The position numbers and the translations under genes were made by a program. A stretch of 63,780 nt of DNA, the filler included, from Nemertoderma westbladi (lineage: Eukaryota > Animalia > Xenacoelomorpha): assembly GCA_032718475.1 (NCBI GenBank). It is 4 parts of 4 records of this genome, joined end to end, with 100 filler letters (N's around TTAATTAATTAA, not from the genome) between each part and the next. Parts side by side here need not be neighbours in the genome. Positions count along the whole stretch, not along the records: positions 19,994 to 42,859 come from JAUCBJ010008957.1; 3 more parts are not named here. One strand, written 5' to 3'. The notes under the pieces were generated by a model. That model was not told where the DNA came from. It saw only the letters and a program-made list of their open reading frames with translations, and did not search any database. Positions 26,330 to 39,162 of the stretch are shown here, one piece after another (within the stretch, counting starts at the first letter, position 1; every line of letters starts with the position of its first letter).

Positions 26330-27500
26330 GGCAGAACAAAGAATAAAGAGGAAATATGAGTGGAGAACTTGACAATACCGGGCCTGGAGCCACCACCAGA
26401 GGAGAGGATTGAGGAAGACGAGTTTGGGGTGATGCCACCAAATGAGAGGATAGATGAGGACGAGTTTGGGGAGATGCCACCGATCGAGATGCTGGGATGA
26501 GCCAACACCGACTGGAAGGATGGGCGAGCAGTGATGGTGGTGTTTTGGGACATACCGAGCTGATGGGGTTGGGCGCACAAGCCAGGCCATGACTTTCCAG
26601 CAGCCTCAATCAGGTTGGAAGAGCAACCAGTGACAGTGCCACGGGTGGTGTTCCGGGAGGTACCACAAGTGAGGGAGACGAAGCTTGACATGAGCTGTGA
26701 CCAAGCCATGGACATGTTCACATATCAGAAGCTCCATAGGCACAAACAATTGAGCATCCAGAAGGATCAGTCTGGGAGGCACACGAAAATCGATAGGTGC
26801 GATTACTGTGGGAGACAGACCCACCAAAGGAAGAACTGTTTGAAGAAGTTTATGGTACAGATAAGGTGCATATGCTGTGACGAGACGAGCCACACACCAT
26901 AGACATGTGTCTGGAGTTGCACCACCAGTGCACAATGTTTAATTAATGCGGGCACTACAAGAACCACTGTGACATACTGGACAACAAACATAAATTCCAT
27001 TGGTTCGAGCATGTCGCTAACAGTGGGGTGATGCTGTCGAGTTCGGTGTGGGATAAAGAGTTCCACTGGGGTTTCTTTAACCCGAATGTGGAGATACACA
27101 GGGCTCTGATCAATCAAAAAGCTGCGCTTCACCTATGCAGAGGTGGTGACAGTGGCGTCGTCGCAAGGGGGAGTTGCGGCAACCCAATGACATTTGGATA
27201 GGTGACCTGGGATGAAAGATCAGAGTTTAGGAAGTTCCTGAATGAACACATCCATCAGAGGATGAAACACCCAGCAGGACAGGGTGGAGGACCACCAGAG
27301 AAGAGATATAGAGATGCGATCACAGTCCCACAGAGGGAACCAACCACCGGAATAGGTAAAATCATGACGTGGCACGCAGCAGCTATAAAGAGTCATAAGG
27401 ACGATACACGAGAGGATGACAGGAGAAAGGGACAGTAGAAAAGTGGAACCTGGAATAGACAAATAGAATGAGGAGGACATTAGGGAGAGGATAATGTGCA
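26330..27500 (+). mobile_element. Degenerate gag/ORF1-like region with zinc-knuckle array
   Basis: CDYCGRQTHQRKNC and CICCDETSHTP*TC knuckle-like motifs, with an upstream acidic direct repeat (GAGGAMGACGAGTTTGGGG x2) and multiple stops. Confidence 0.5.
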
Positions 27501-28019
27501 TAGAAGGCACCATTTATTAATAGTACTTTTCGACTTTATTTACTCCAATTAATTTACATGCAAAGAAATCAGCAAGTGCAATAAATAAGTTCCAGGAATA
27601 CTTAAATAGAAACACTACATATGTACCAAGAAATAACCCTTTTCAACTAGCTACTGGGAGGGGGGACTTACTGACCAAACATGAGGAGAGGATGAGACGA
27701 TCCGACGATCCGCAGTGATAGCGGATTCCATCCACTACGCGCTCCAACCAATAAAATGGGGGGGGGGGGGGAGCCAATTTACCATACTGGCCAGAAGTGA
27801 CATGTAATCAGGAGAAACGAGGGATGATGTAGCTAGGGAAGGGCAAGCTGGTAGGTGGACCAATCAGTCCACTTCAGTAAGCCAGGGCCAAAAAAGCCCC
27901 AGGGATAGCTATGTGGCGTGGTTTGTACGATGACCAATGGGACGGGCTTTGTATCAACCTGTTGGTGAATATTGGTGAGTTGGCCTAATGGCCGCCATTT
28001 TTTGCCATATATTAGCTAA

Positions 28020-29335
28020 GCCTACTGCTACGATCGGCAAGCTGCATTGCAGCTGCATTTTTAAGAATGCTGTGCCAGCTTGTCGACAAAATTGCGCCAC
28101 CACAACTCCCTATCACCCATGACATTTGCTAGATCATCCGCATCGTGACATTTAAGATGCGTCTTAAGAAAGTCATGGACTGTCCACCATGCTTATTCAC
28201 TCCATGAGGCTGTCAAAGTACAAGATTATGCACTGGCTGGTCCTCACGGCGAAAGCAATGTCCTGCAAAGCGGAGGCGATTTTGTTCTAGTGTCAAGCTT
28301 GGGAGAACAAATGAGACACCTCCAATCTTATATAGTGTATGGTTGGAGATGTGTGCAGTGCATTGTACTTTACACAATGAACCCGGCGTAGCATTCTTGT
28401 GAATGTGCCATCCAGAGATTTGGTGTCCTCAGCAGTTAGAGTCCAGCATGGACTCCCATAGCGAAGTAATAGAACTACTGCTGCTCTAAATAATCGGACC
28501 TTAAGTTTCCGATTAATTCTCGGTGACTTCCAAATCCTGGAAAGACTATTCAAGGCTGCCCATGCCTTTTCCTTACGTATTCGAAGGTCCTCACCTGACT
28601 TCCGGATCCATGATCTCAGGTAACAGAAGTCGTCCACATGCTCAAGCATACCATCCTTTGAGATTGTGCTCATCAGATTGTGCTCATCAGAGGCTTGCTG
28701 AGGACTTTCAAAGTTTACTGTCAAAAATTTGGTCTTTCTGGAGTTAATAAAAAGACCAACACTAGAAGCAGCATGTTCTAATGAGCTGAGGAGCCGTTGG
28801 GCTCCCTCTAGTAATTCTGAGAGTACTCCTAAGTCATCAGCAAATTCTAGATCAGTTAGGTAAAGGTACTTGGCAGGATTTCCTCGACTTCTGGAGCCAG
28901 TAGGTGGAGTTATCATCACCCCATCATCATTATGATGATCTCAGGACATGCGTAGAACATAGTAAACAACAATTATTAACAAGAATGGTGCAAGTGTGTC
29001 TCCCTGGAGGACGCCCCATAACACTTCAAATGGTTCTCTGTGTTCAAGTTGGTGTCCAAATTGGTGTATCCCAAGATCTTTTCCATTTATGTCCACCCTC
29101 ATTTCATCAATGTGTAATCCTGATTTCAGTAGGCCAGCCAGGATTGAGAAGAACTCTATATCAATAGCCCAGATACTCTTAGAGTTCTTCCTTAATCTTC
29201 CCTGGCCAACGATATTTGTTGTAGCCGAAACAATTTGCTGAAGTATATTTCAATTTCCCAGCACATTTTCAGGACTATTGACTGTCATCCATTGACTGGA
29301 GTACCTCAAAGCTGATTTGAACTTTCACTTCCTAG
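28020..29335 (-). mobile_element. Second copy of RTE-like family A (RT, 3' end), disrupted
   Basis: ORF 28293-28919 is nearly identical to ORF 17-1015 (LEFADDLG). Homology extends 5' through QGDTLAPFL. Confidence 0.9.
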
Positions 29336-29718
29336 GAATAATCTTAAAGGGTGTGGGGGCTTGGCTCTTGGCTCTTGGCACTCTTGGGACTCTTGGCTTT
29401 CAATTTTTTTTTCTATTTCATCTACAGTATATTTTTATTCCAAATATCCTGACAAACAGACTAACTAGTTTCATTAAAAGTGAAAACTGACTTCAGAAAT
29501 TAAATCAGCGACCTGGAAATACCCCATTGCAATAATATTAGCATGGCTATGTCGTTTCGTGTTGGTATATATAATGACAGACATTCTCACATATTAACAG
29601 ACAATTTTTGCGCGGGAAGGTTCAAACGTTAAAGTAAATAATATCGGAATAGTATTTTTAAATTTTTAAAACACATATCCTCCGCCAACTTTTCAACCAA
29701 TTTGTAAGTTTTTGTTAA

Positions 29719-30494
29719 AGCCCGTTTTCCATGATGTAACATAGCTACTAGCTACATGCCATAATGCAGCTAGTGGCCACTGAAAATAACTAGTATCGAC
29801 AGGCTACTAGCTGTTGGCCGCAGCTCGTAGCTATTGGCTATTTGAGACACTGCCTTCCCGGTTTCCATGAAACACCTTGTTTCCATGAAACACGCAGCTA
29901 TCTGCAATGGTTCCTCGTCTATTAATATTTTTGTTTTGTATCTTTCAGTTAATTTCCACCCATCACATATTATATAAAAAGTTTTTATTTATTTGTGTGG
30001 AATTAATTTCGCACTACCAAATCGCCAGGGCGACATATTTTCTAACTTTATATTTCCAGTATATCCAGTATGTCACCGCGTCATTATTAGGTTGTTCTAG
30101 ATAGTTTAAGTGCATAACTACAAATAATTTCACACAATTAAATAAAATTAGATTTGCCATTGTTGATAATTATCAATTTAATAATAAAATACAACACAAA
30201 AATACAGTGGTCCCAAACTGCTTAGTTACTAATTATGTGGACATGCCTTTGAGTTGGAAAAAGCGATTGCAGGCAGCTATTATGAAATTATTATGAAATA
30301 TATAGCGTGGCACGTGGCGTGCCGCCACGGCTGTGACTTGGTTGAAGTCTTTATTTTCCTCGCGCAAATAGCTAGTAGCTTCGCGGCCAGTAGCTATTTG
30401 TTTCGTGGCAAGTAGCCACTAGTTAGCTATTGGCGACGAGCCAGTAGTTACTAGCTCGAAGCTACTAGTTATATTGCATCATGGAAACCGGGCT
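29719..30494. mobile_element. PIF/Harbinger-type MITE with TAA TSD, nested in an older element
   Basis: TIRs AGCCCGTTTTCCATGATGTAACATA / TATATTGCATCATGGAAACCGGGCT, with TAA on both sides and many subterminal TAGCTA motifs. Confidence 0.8.
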
Positions 30495-31562
30495 TAACAA
30501 ATGAAAGCTACTAGAGTGCGCAATAATAAAAATAATTATTTTGAAAAATAGTACAAATAGAAAGTAACTCTGACCGCTAGGGGCGTCAACAGTTCAATTA
30601 CAATACAATACACATACATACATACAATACATACAATACAAGTAACATCAGAGTCTTGACATGACACATACTATATTTTTTGGTGTTGGAGGAATATGCT
30701 TATTTGCCGATTCTTCAGCTTTTATTATATTCTGGTAGATAGATTTGGCTGATTTTTATCCATTGCCTAGATAATCCAAAACAGGTTTTATACATCAATT
30801 GTGTGCCATGGCAAGATCAACAGCATTTATAGGGGGATCAACCAGTAACAACTATATTTCGCTCCCATTACACTTCAAAAATATAAAATTTTTTATAATA
30901 TCAAAAAATTAACCAAGGATAATAATTTCTTGAAAACAAAATTCTAGAAAAAGAAAAAAATAATATACAAGAGTTTAACAACGGTACAGCTATACATATT
31001 CCACAACATTTCATCCAATGTAACTTCATTATATAAACATATCATATTTAGTTGTAAATATTTTCTCTTTATAGAAAAACAGTATATACCCCCCCCCCCC
31101 CCCCCCATACGTAACTCTAGCCAATTATTGTCAAAGCAACCAAAATCTAGCTGATAGTCGTTGTTTAAATTATTGGGTTCAATTTGTGTTCTAGAACATT
31201 AAATAATTATGTTCTAGAATACTTTCTATATTATAAGTGTAATGTAATATTGTAATATTATTACCGTTGATAATGTTCTATAATATAAATAAATAAACTA
31301 ACAGGAAGGGGGGGGGGGGGGGGGGGTGTGTACTGTGTACTGTACTGTACTGTACCGTACATTGCAAATATCAAAATACTAAATTTAACATTAGTTAAAT
31401 AAATCCCTAAATCACTTATTCGACGGGCAACCGCGGTGAATGGGGTTTAAAAATAATAAAGTGATTTGGGTAAATGTGACATGTGATTTATAATTGTTTT
31501 ACTGATATATACAAATATTTATATTTATCTGTATGAACATTGTACATTGTACAATGTACATA

Positions 31563-32096
31563 CACCATGTCCTGGAATATAGTGTCGTTATTCTGGTACT
31601 AGCTCTGGAACCAGCAGTCGCCCAAATTCTGCAGCCTCACCCCAAGGCCGTTCATGTAAGTATTCAGTATTCAGTATACGGAGTTTCCTACATAAGAAAA
31701 ATATTCCAGAACTTGTGTATTTATTAAATAGAATAAATGGCCTGCAGCGCAAGTCAGTACATGCAACATTTGAATATTCAGGTATTTCCCAACCAAATTC
31801 AATTATTTTACATATTTGGAATCTTTGAAAGGACAGCTGTCCACTAGTATCTACAAATCGCTATAAGGTTGAAGAATGACTATGCTGTAACTGGTGCAAT
31901 ATCGACGGAGACACTTTTTTTAAACGCTTGTAGCTAAAGAACCAACGCAAAAATAAACATTCTGGCTCACCCAGGAAGGAGGAGGGAGATGAAACTAAAT
32001 CTGATTCAAATTTCATGCAATTTCATTAAGATTTGTAGAAAAATTTGGTGGGGGGACAGGTACCAAAATAACGACACTATATTCCAGGACATGGTG
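31563..32096. mobile_element. Tc1/mariner-type MITE with TA TSD
   Basis: TA|CACCATGTCCTGGAATATAGTGTCGTTATT ... AATAACGACACTATATTCCAGGACATGGTG|TA. Confidence 0.85.
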
Positions 32097-32621
32097 TAGG
32101 CCTAGCTATTTTTTTTCAGAAAGATAATTATTTGGGTCAAAATAAAGTAAACTATTTTGGTTAAAATGTATGTAGGCCTATTTCGGAATTATTTTATTTT
32201 TTAGGGTAATGATAGGACTATTATTCAATAAAAAAAGTAAGCTTTTTTCACACATATTCTAGCGAAATTCAACTATTCTATCCGAGTGGTTGAGTTTTAC
32301 AAGAGTTGGCAGGTTTTTAGATGTGTGTTAAAATTCCAACGAGTGGAAAACGAGCGAGAATATCTCGCTAAAGAAAATGAGTGGAAAATAGTGTTTTCCT
32401 TTACGTTTTTATATCAAATATGTTGTTTTATTTGAAAAAAATATCACCAGCGTTATCAATTATTACGACGTATAATAATACGATATTTTAATTGTGAAGA
32501 TTAATTTAATTAATTAATTAATTTAATTTAGAAGATTGTGTGAGCTACAGTAGCTGTACGTGTACACTAAGCTACCCGACAAGCCTCGGTCTACATTATA
32601 TAATCATTATGGACCACGAAC

Positions 32622-32780
32622 CAGGGACTGGCATCGAATCGAATCGAAAGTTATTTTTCGTCTTCGATTTCCCTTATATTTTTCGATTCGATTTCGATTC
32701 GATTCAGCACAATTTCGATTCGATTTCGATTCGACTCAGGTAAAAAATTTCGACTTCGATTCGATTATTCGACCTTTGAA
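32622..32780. repeat. TTCGA-rich repeat cluster, probable hAT-like MITE end
   Basis: Starts CAGGGACTGGC, followed by many ATCGA/TTCGAT repeats in both orientations. Confidence 0.4.
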
Positions 32781-33644
32781 TATTAACTTAATTATTTGTT
32801 ATTAAATATACATTATAAGTTATATTCTTCAATTATTGTTACTTTTCGCTCTAATATATCCAAAATTCGGAAGAAAATGAGTACATCTTTCCCAAGGAAA
32901 AAAAAATAACTCATAGGATTCCATTAATTTTACTTTATTCCCTTCAAAATATTTTATTACGTCATGTATTATTGAAAGAGCATCGAAGTAAAAAAGGTTT
33001 CTATGTAATTTGAGCAAAATCGATTCACACAATCAAAAGTTATTGTAACTTTAGTGTCTGTAAGGCGAACTCCAAAACGCAAATCAATATTCAATATTTT
33101 ATTTATTTATTTTATTTACCTTTCATGGTTCGGACACTAATGACACACACTACTAAATATAAAAAACAACAAACTACCTACAGAGCACAAACATAACTAT
33201 ATATTTAATTAACTTTACATGACAATAGTTTATATATAAGATAAACTACTGTAAGAACATAACACAAAAATAATGTAGTTTAAGTAGAATAAAAATTCAA
33301 TCATTTTTACACCGAATAAATATTCACAATATTTTACACCGGAAAAAAATTCAAAAGTTTTACGCCGAAAAAAAAAATATTCAATCAATTTTACACCGAA
33401 AAATATTCAATAAATTTTTTTCAACAATTGTAACATTACTCATCGCTGTTAGTATTAACAGCGAGTTGTTATTTAGCACTTTACAACTTTAGAGGACATT
33501 ACAGCATTGTATTGGCCTGTACAGAGTATTGTATTTGGTGATATTGTTTACGTGGTAACCCATGACGGTGTTAAGTAATGTCCACTAAGGAGACATTACT
33601 TAAGGCAATCATTGGATACCACGTAAACAATAGGTGGAAATTTG

Positions 33645-34984
33645 CCTTCGAATGCCCATATCTCAGCTATTTCCCAACCAAATTCAAATATTTTCACATA
33701 TTTGGAATCCTTGCATGGCCAGCTTTCCACTAGTAGTACCTAGAAATCACTAAAAGATTGAAGAATAACTGCGGTGTAACTGGTGCAATATCGACGGAGA
33801 CAATTTTTATTAAACGTTTGTAGCTAAAGAACGAAAGCGAAAATAAAAATTCTGGTTCACCCAGTAAGGAGGAGGGAGGTGAAACTATTAGTCGAGGCAA
33901 TCTAGCAAAAAACCCATAAGTATTTCGCAATCAATCCGAACCACACATTTTGGATTCTATATTACCTTATTAATGACCAAAAAAAGTCTACAAAAATTTA
34001 TTTTGCGGATCATATGTTTATTCATGGAAATTCTGCGTAAATTTGCATAACACAAGCCAAACAAAAGGAACAGTAGGGAAAAGTAAGTAGCAAATTGGTG
34101 ATGTTCCAGAATAATTTGATTAATTTCACAATAAGCTGTGATTCAATGTGAAATTAGTAATATTTCAACTGGCGTGTTACACATTAATTGCTATATCTCG
34201 GTAACTAGAAGTCGCATAAAATTTTTAAATATATCAAAAACTTCACGATATATTAAGCTAACTGTTGTAAAAAATTATACAATTCCCCTGCAAGGAAATT
34301 TCATAATTTCTATTAATGTTAGTGAACATTTTTCACATAATTAAATTGTGATTGCTCTATTGATTTTAGGTGTAATTTATTTATTTGTTTTCGTTTAGAA
34401 ACCACAATAGTTTATCATATAACAAATAAATATTTTGGTAATAAGGGTTTTTGAGGTCGATAAATCCGATGGGGGAGGTTACATCCACCCGTATAGTAGA
34501 GAAGTTGTGTAAATAAGGTCCTTATATTGTACCAGCAAAATTGGTATTAAAAATGGTTAAATTATTAGACAGTATCCGTTGCTCTGGTAACTAAATTGGT
34601 AACTATCTAGAAGTGCATACTTCTGTCAATCAATAGTCATTCGAGTAAAGTTTGTCTGTACCAAATTTGGAGAAAATCCCACCAATAGACCCCTTGTTGC
34701 TATGTAAAATCAATGTTGCTAAGGAAAGAAACAGGAAATTGAAGGTGATCCGCATAATATATTTTTATAGACTTTTTTGGGGGTATTAACAAGCTAATGT
34801 AGAATAAAACAATTTTGGTTTGGATGAATTGCGTATTTGTTATGGGTTGACCCCCTTTTTCGGAAAGATTGACTCGCCTATATCTCTGTTTCAAATTTCA
34901 TGCAATCTAATTAAGATTTGTAAAAAAAATTTGGGGGGGGGGTCCATGTACTAGAATAATGACACTATATTCCAGGACATGGTG
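33645..34984. mobile_element. Longer relative of the 31563-32096 MITE (right TIR present, left end missing)
   Basis: 33660-33890 matches 31780-32000. It ends in the same TIR ...ACACTATATTCCAGGACATGGTG|TA. Confidence 0.75.
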
Positions 34985-34988
34985 TATG

Positions 34989-35816
34989 GGATAGTTATAA
35001 AACCCGAAACCCGGAAATAACGAAATTATTAACGAAACTATCGAAATTCTAAAACAATCTACAAAATCTCGCTTTCCAGTATAATAGGTATTATTTAAAG
35101 GCACATTTTACATTTTTTAATTAAAAGAATCCAATAGTTTCGCCCCATTTTCGTCCTTAAAAGTAATTTAATACTCAATACTGTCTGTTGGTTGGTTGTT
35201 GGGAGTTGACCAATGGCGGCTTGGATGAATCAATTCAGCATCAGCAGGCAGTGTACTGGTCAACTGGTGTATTACAAGGTTGGTACAGCCTGAAAGGGTA
35301 AAGTTAAAGGAACCGGTTCGGTCAGCCGGTACCCTAACCCAACACACCCCACACATTATGGCGTAGGGTACCTTCGCGTTGCAGGTATACACTTTACAGT
35401 GACTGCCAGGGAAGTGGTGCAGCGCGGCGAGTGTGTAGGCTTATTATTGGGATTATAATTACATTCTACAGTATTATTATATTCCGAGGTTGCAGTCCTC
35501 TGTCGCAATGCAGTAACTGCAGTAGGCTTACGCTCTGACTGTACTGTACTATTTTGAGCGCCCTCTTGTGGTGTTTTGGCATCATTGGATTACCCCTAAT
35601 AACCAATCAACAGAAGAGACAGTATTTGGAATTAATTTACTTTTAGGGTTGAAAATGGGGCGAAAATATCGGATTTTATTAATTAACAAATGTAAAGTGT
35701 GCCTTCTAATAATGCCGATCTCACTGGAATGTGAGATTTTATTTAAAGTTTTATAATTTCGATATTTTCGTTAATAATTTCGTAATTTTCGTTATTTTCG
35801 GGTTTTATAACTATCC
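34989..35816. mobile_element. Long-TIR (~180 bp) MULE-like non-autonomous element
   Basis: GGATAGTTATAAAACCCGAAA... inverted with ...TTTCGGGTTTTATAACTATCC. Imperfect complementarity extends to ~35170 and ~35632. Confidence 0.7.
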
Positions 35817-36030
35817 ATATACAGTATTTGGGGCAAAACGAATGTATTTTAGTACAAAAACTATGTAGTTTGAATTTTTGTTATGTCTTTTTTTCGATTA
35901 ACTTTCATTGGTAGCTTATCATGTCGTTTAATATTGCAACTAACTATTTGTTCTCTAATTTGTTATATATTATGGGATAAACAGAGGATTATCAGCTATT
36001 GCTAAGGTTTGTTAAGCAAATTGTCAAAAC

Positions 36031-36240
36031 ATGGAGGATAAGGTAAAACAGCTGCGATTACTTCTTTGGAAAAACATTCTACTACAACGCAGAAGGCCTG
36101 TGGGGACATTAATCGAAATTCTTTTGCCTATTGTTTTTTTTGGTTTGTTATATGGTTTACACACCACTATATTGAACAAAAATGGAGAACATTCTAAGAT
36201 GGGACATAGAGATCTGCCCTACGAAATCAATTTTGAAGCA
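36031..36240 (+). CDS. ABC transporter subfamily A (ABCA3-like), first coding exon
   Basis: KQLRLLLWKNILLQRRRPVGTLIEILLP is the ABCA N-terminal signature plus TM1. Context AAAC-ATG-G, with a GTGAGT donor at 36241. Confidence 0.88.
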
Positions 36241-36422
36241 GTGAGTTATATTTTGCACGATACAGATATTTATATATTATTTAATTTCATGTATTATAAC
36301 TTGTACATAACATTTACAGTTCAGTGAACATACACATACATATGGTCAATACATACATACTGTAGGGTCATATTTCAGGATATATCCATCTATGTTTTGC
36401 ATATCGGACTTATTATGTCGTC

Positions 36423-36600
36423 ATGCTGCATTGCAGCTGCATTATAGATATTTTAAGAATGCTATGCCGGTTTATCGAGAAATTTGGAAACAATATTAGA
36501 AACCAAAACTCAATATCACCCACGACTTGCGTTATATTATCGGCGTCTTCTAGGTCAGTGTACTTTATGAGGCGGCTCAATAATATTAGAGGATTATTAT
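36423..36600 (-). mobile_element. Old degenerate 3' fragment of RTE-like family A
   Basis: CATGCTGCATTGCAGCTGCATT..TTTTAAGAATGCT matches 28040-28075 and the reverse complement of 915-945. Confidence 0.6.
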
Positions 36601-36678
36601 CCTTAGAGGATGGACTCCGTTTTTTTAAGTGAAGTTTTTTTGGACATCATTTTTTTGCACCTCATTTCAATCGGGAAC

Positions 36679-37597
36679 AGTTCCGTACGTCCCCCCATTT
36701 TGCGAGATTTTTTTACTATACCATAACACCATGTTTCTTGAGCGACACTAATCAAATATTAGTATATAGTATATATAGATAGTATATATATAGTATATAT
36801 ATATACTATCTATATATACTATATAATATATATAATATATATATATATATTGTATATATAGTATATATTATAGGTAGAAAGAATATATTCCATAATATTA
36901 AATGACAATACAAGTCATTTCAAGGCAATTCAAGTCATTTTAAAAATAATATATATATATATACTATCTATATATACTATATAATATATATAATATATAT
37001 ATATATATTGTATATATAGTATATATTATAGGTAGAAAGAATATATTCCATAATATTAAATGACAATACAAGTCATTTCAAGGCTATTCAAGTCATTTTA
37101 AAAATAATATATATATATATACTATCTATATATACTATATAATATATATAATATATATATATATATTGTATATATAGTATATATTATAGGTAGAAAAAAT
37201 ATATTCCATAATATTAAATGACAATACAAGTCATTTCAAGGCAATTCAAGTCATTTTAAAAATAATATATATATATATACTATCTATATATACTATATAA
37301 TATATATAATATATATATATATATTGTATATATAGTATATATTATAGGTAGAAAAAATATATTCCATAATATTAAATGACAATACAAGTCATTTCAAGGC
37401 AATTCAAGTCATTTTAAAAATAATATATATATATATACTATCTATATATACTATATAATATATATAATATATATATATATATTGTATATATAGTATATAT
37501 TATAGGTAGAAAAAATATATTCCATAATATTAAATGACAATACAAGTCATTTCAAGGCAATTCAAGTCATTTTAAAAATGGGGGGACGTATGGAACT
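36679..37597. mobile_element. TIR element containing an internal tandem array
   Basis: AGTTCCGTACGTCCCCCCATTTT ... AAAATGGGGGGACGTATGGAACT (23-bp TIR, 1 mismatch). Confidence 0.75.
36790..37578. repeat. 158-bp AT-rich tandem repeat, 5 copies
   Basis: TAGGTAGAAA at 36871, 37029, 37187, 37345 and 37503. Confidence 0.95.
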
Positions 37598-37694
37598 CTA
37601 GCCTTTCAATCTATGCCATCAAACAATATTGTGTAAGCAGTTCAGGCGCTGCATCCACTCGGACACATACATACTAACTGTACTGTATAACAAT

Positions 37695-38563
37695 AGATAG
37701 ATAGATAGATTTCATAGATAGATTTATTTATACATTATGTAAAAACAAGAACAAAATACACCCAACAATGTACAGTATATATATTGTCCAACATAACATA
37801 TAGGATTATCCCTAAAGCTTTGCAGTTTATTTCCAAGTGGGTCCTTTATGTTACTTGGTTACAAATACAATATTACACTACGCTAACCTAAAACAAATAT
37901 AAAACGTAGTTACACTATGTACATGTACTGTACTGTAATGTACAGAAAAAGTTATTATAAAACTTAATTACAGTATAAATAGTAAATAATTAATAAACTA
38001 ATAACTTACTGTAGGACTATTGTACCTATTTTTACATTGCACACGGAGGTGAGATTTAACTGCAGATTTAAAAGAATATTGATTATCTAGGTTTTTTATT
38101 TCACTAGGCAGAGTGTTCCAATTTTTAATAACGTTAAAAAGGAAAGTATCGATTCGAAGGATTTACAATTCGGGAGGTAAAAGTTTGAAGCACTAGCTCT
38201 GGTGTAAGAGTGTGTATCGCGCACTCTGTAGAATTTTTGTTTTAGGTAATTGGGACACTTACCATTATACACTTTATGCACATGGTTAAGGCGTAGCTGC
38301 TTAACTCTACTATCTAAGTTAAGCAGTCCAGATCCAGAAAAGTCATCTGGAGTTAGGTGGTGCCTAGGTTTGTAGTCTTTAATAAATCTTACTACTTTAT
38401 TCTGAGCTACTTGTAATTTATATTTAAGCTGTTTGGTTAAGCTTTCATACCAAGAAGTGCACGCATATTCCATGTGACACTGTATTAAAGAAGATCAAAG
38501 TAACGGGAGTCGGTGTTTAAACTATTTTTATTTCTGTATAGAAACCTAAGCATACTGTCAACT
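37695..38563 (-). mobile_element. L2/CR1-group (Crack/Daphne-like) LINE, 3' part of RT and tail
   Basis: HMEYACTSWY..KLQVAQNKVVRFI..HKVYNGKCPNYL, with a (TCTA)n-like tail at ~37695-37720. Confidence 0.8.
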
Positions 38564-39056
38564 GATATATGAGTATGAGAACCCTCCTGGATAAATACCG
38601 GCCCGGTCGTCGCCCGGGTCAATAAGGCCTCAGTGGTACACCAGGCTAGGGTCGATAAATCGGCAACTGCAACAGAAGACAGAGAAGAAAGAAGAACCAA
38701 CCTGTTGAAATGTAAAAAGACACTAAAGATTGCTCGCACGCGCGCTGAAAGCACATAGCAAACAGGGTGACATGGTCGCTCTGGCAATGGAATATAACAT
38801 CGACATCATCTGCATCCAAGAACATCGGATTTGTCATGAAGACACTGCCATGAAGTACAATTATACATTTATTATATAGGAAGGGATCTAGGGGTCTTTA
38901 CCTCGAATGATAAGTTTATTTTACCGAAAATAACTTATCTTTTATTGGCGCAATTGTAGGACTAATCCCATCACATGCGTACTTTTTTAACCGGGTAGTG
39001 TACAAATTTAAGAATCGCGTAATTTTTCTTGAAATTAATATCTCATATCTCTCCAA

Positions 39057-39099
39057 ACCACGTACGCGTTTCGACCTTACTGGGTCTCATCAGCGTGGT
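39057..39099 (-). ncRNA. Type I hammerhead ribozyme (minimal stem III)
   Basis: Minus strand reads ACCACG-CTGATGA-GACC-CAGTAA-GGTC-GAAA-CGCG-TA-CGTGGT: perfect 6-bp stem I, 4-bp stem II, intact core, GUA cleavage triplet. Confidence 0.88.
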
Positions 39100-39162
39100 G
39101 TCGGATTCGAACCTGGGACCTCGAGGTGGAAGCCGAGACTACAACCACTAGGTCACAGGTTC
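39100..39162 (-). promoter_or_regulatory. tRNA-derived Pol III internal promoter (A and B boxes), SINE-type head
   Basis: A-box-like TGACCTAGTGG, anticodon-arm-like CTCGG-CTTCCAC-CTCGAG, B box GGTTCGAATCC. Acceptor and T stems are degenerate. Confidence 0.75.

Noticed and set aside
26144-27513. Several minus-strand ORFs of 97-148 aa
   Set aside because: Shadow frames of the purine-rich plus-strand gag-like remnant.
36241-36327. C-terminal part of the 98-aa ORF as coding
   Set aside because: It follows a canonical GTGAGT donor and is AT-rich intron read-through.
39097-39162. Functional tRNA-Gly(TCC) gene
   Set aside because: Acceptor and T stems do not pair properly and the 3' strand is replaced by the hammerhead stem, so it is treated as a SINE-type head.
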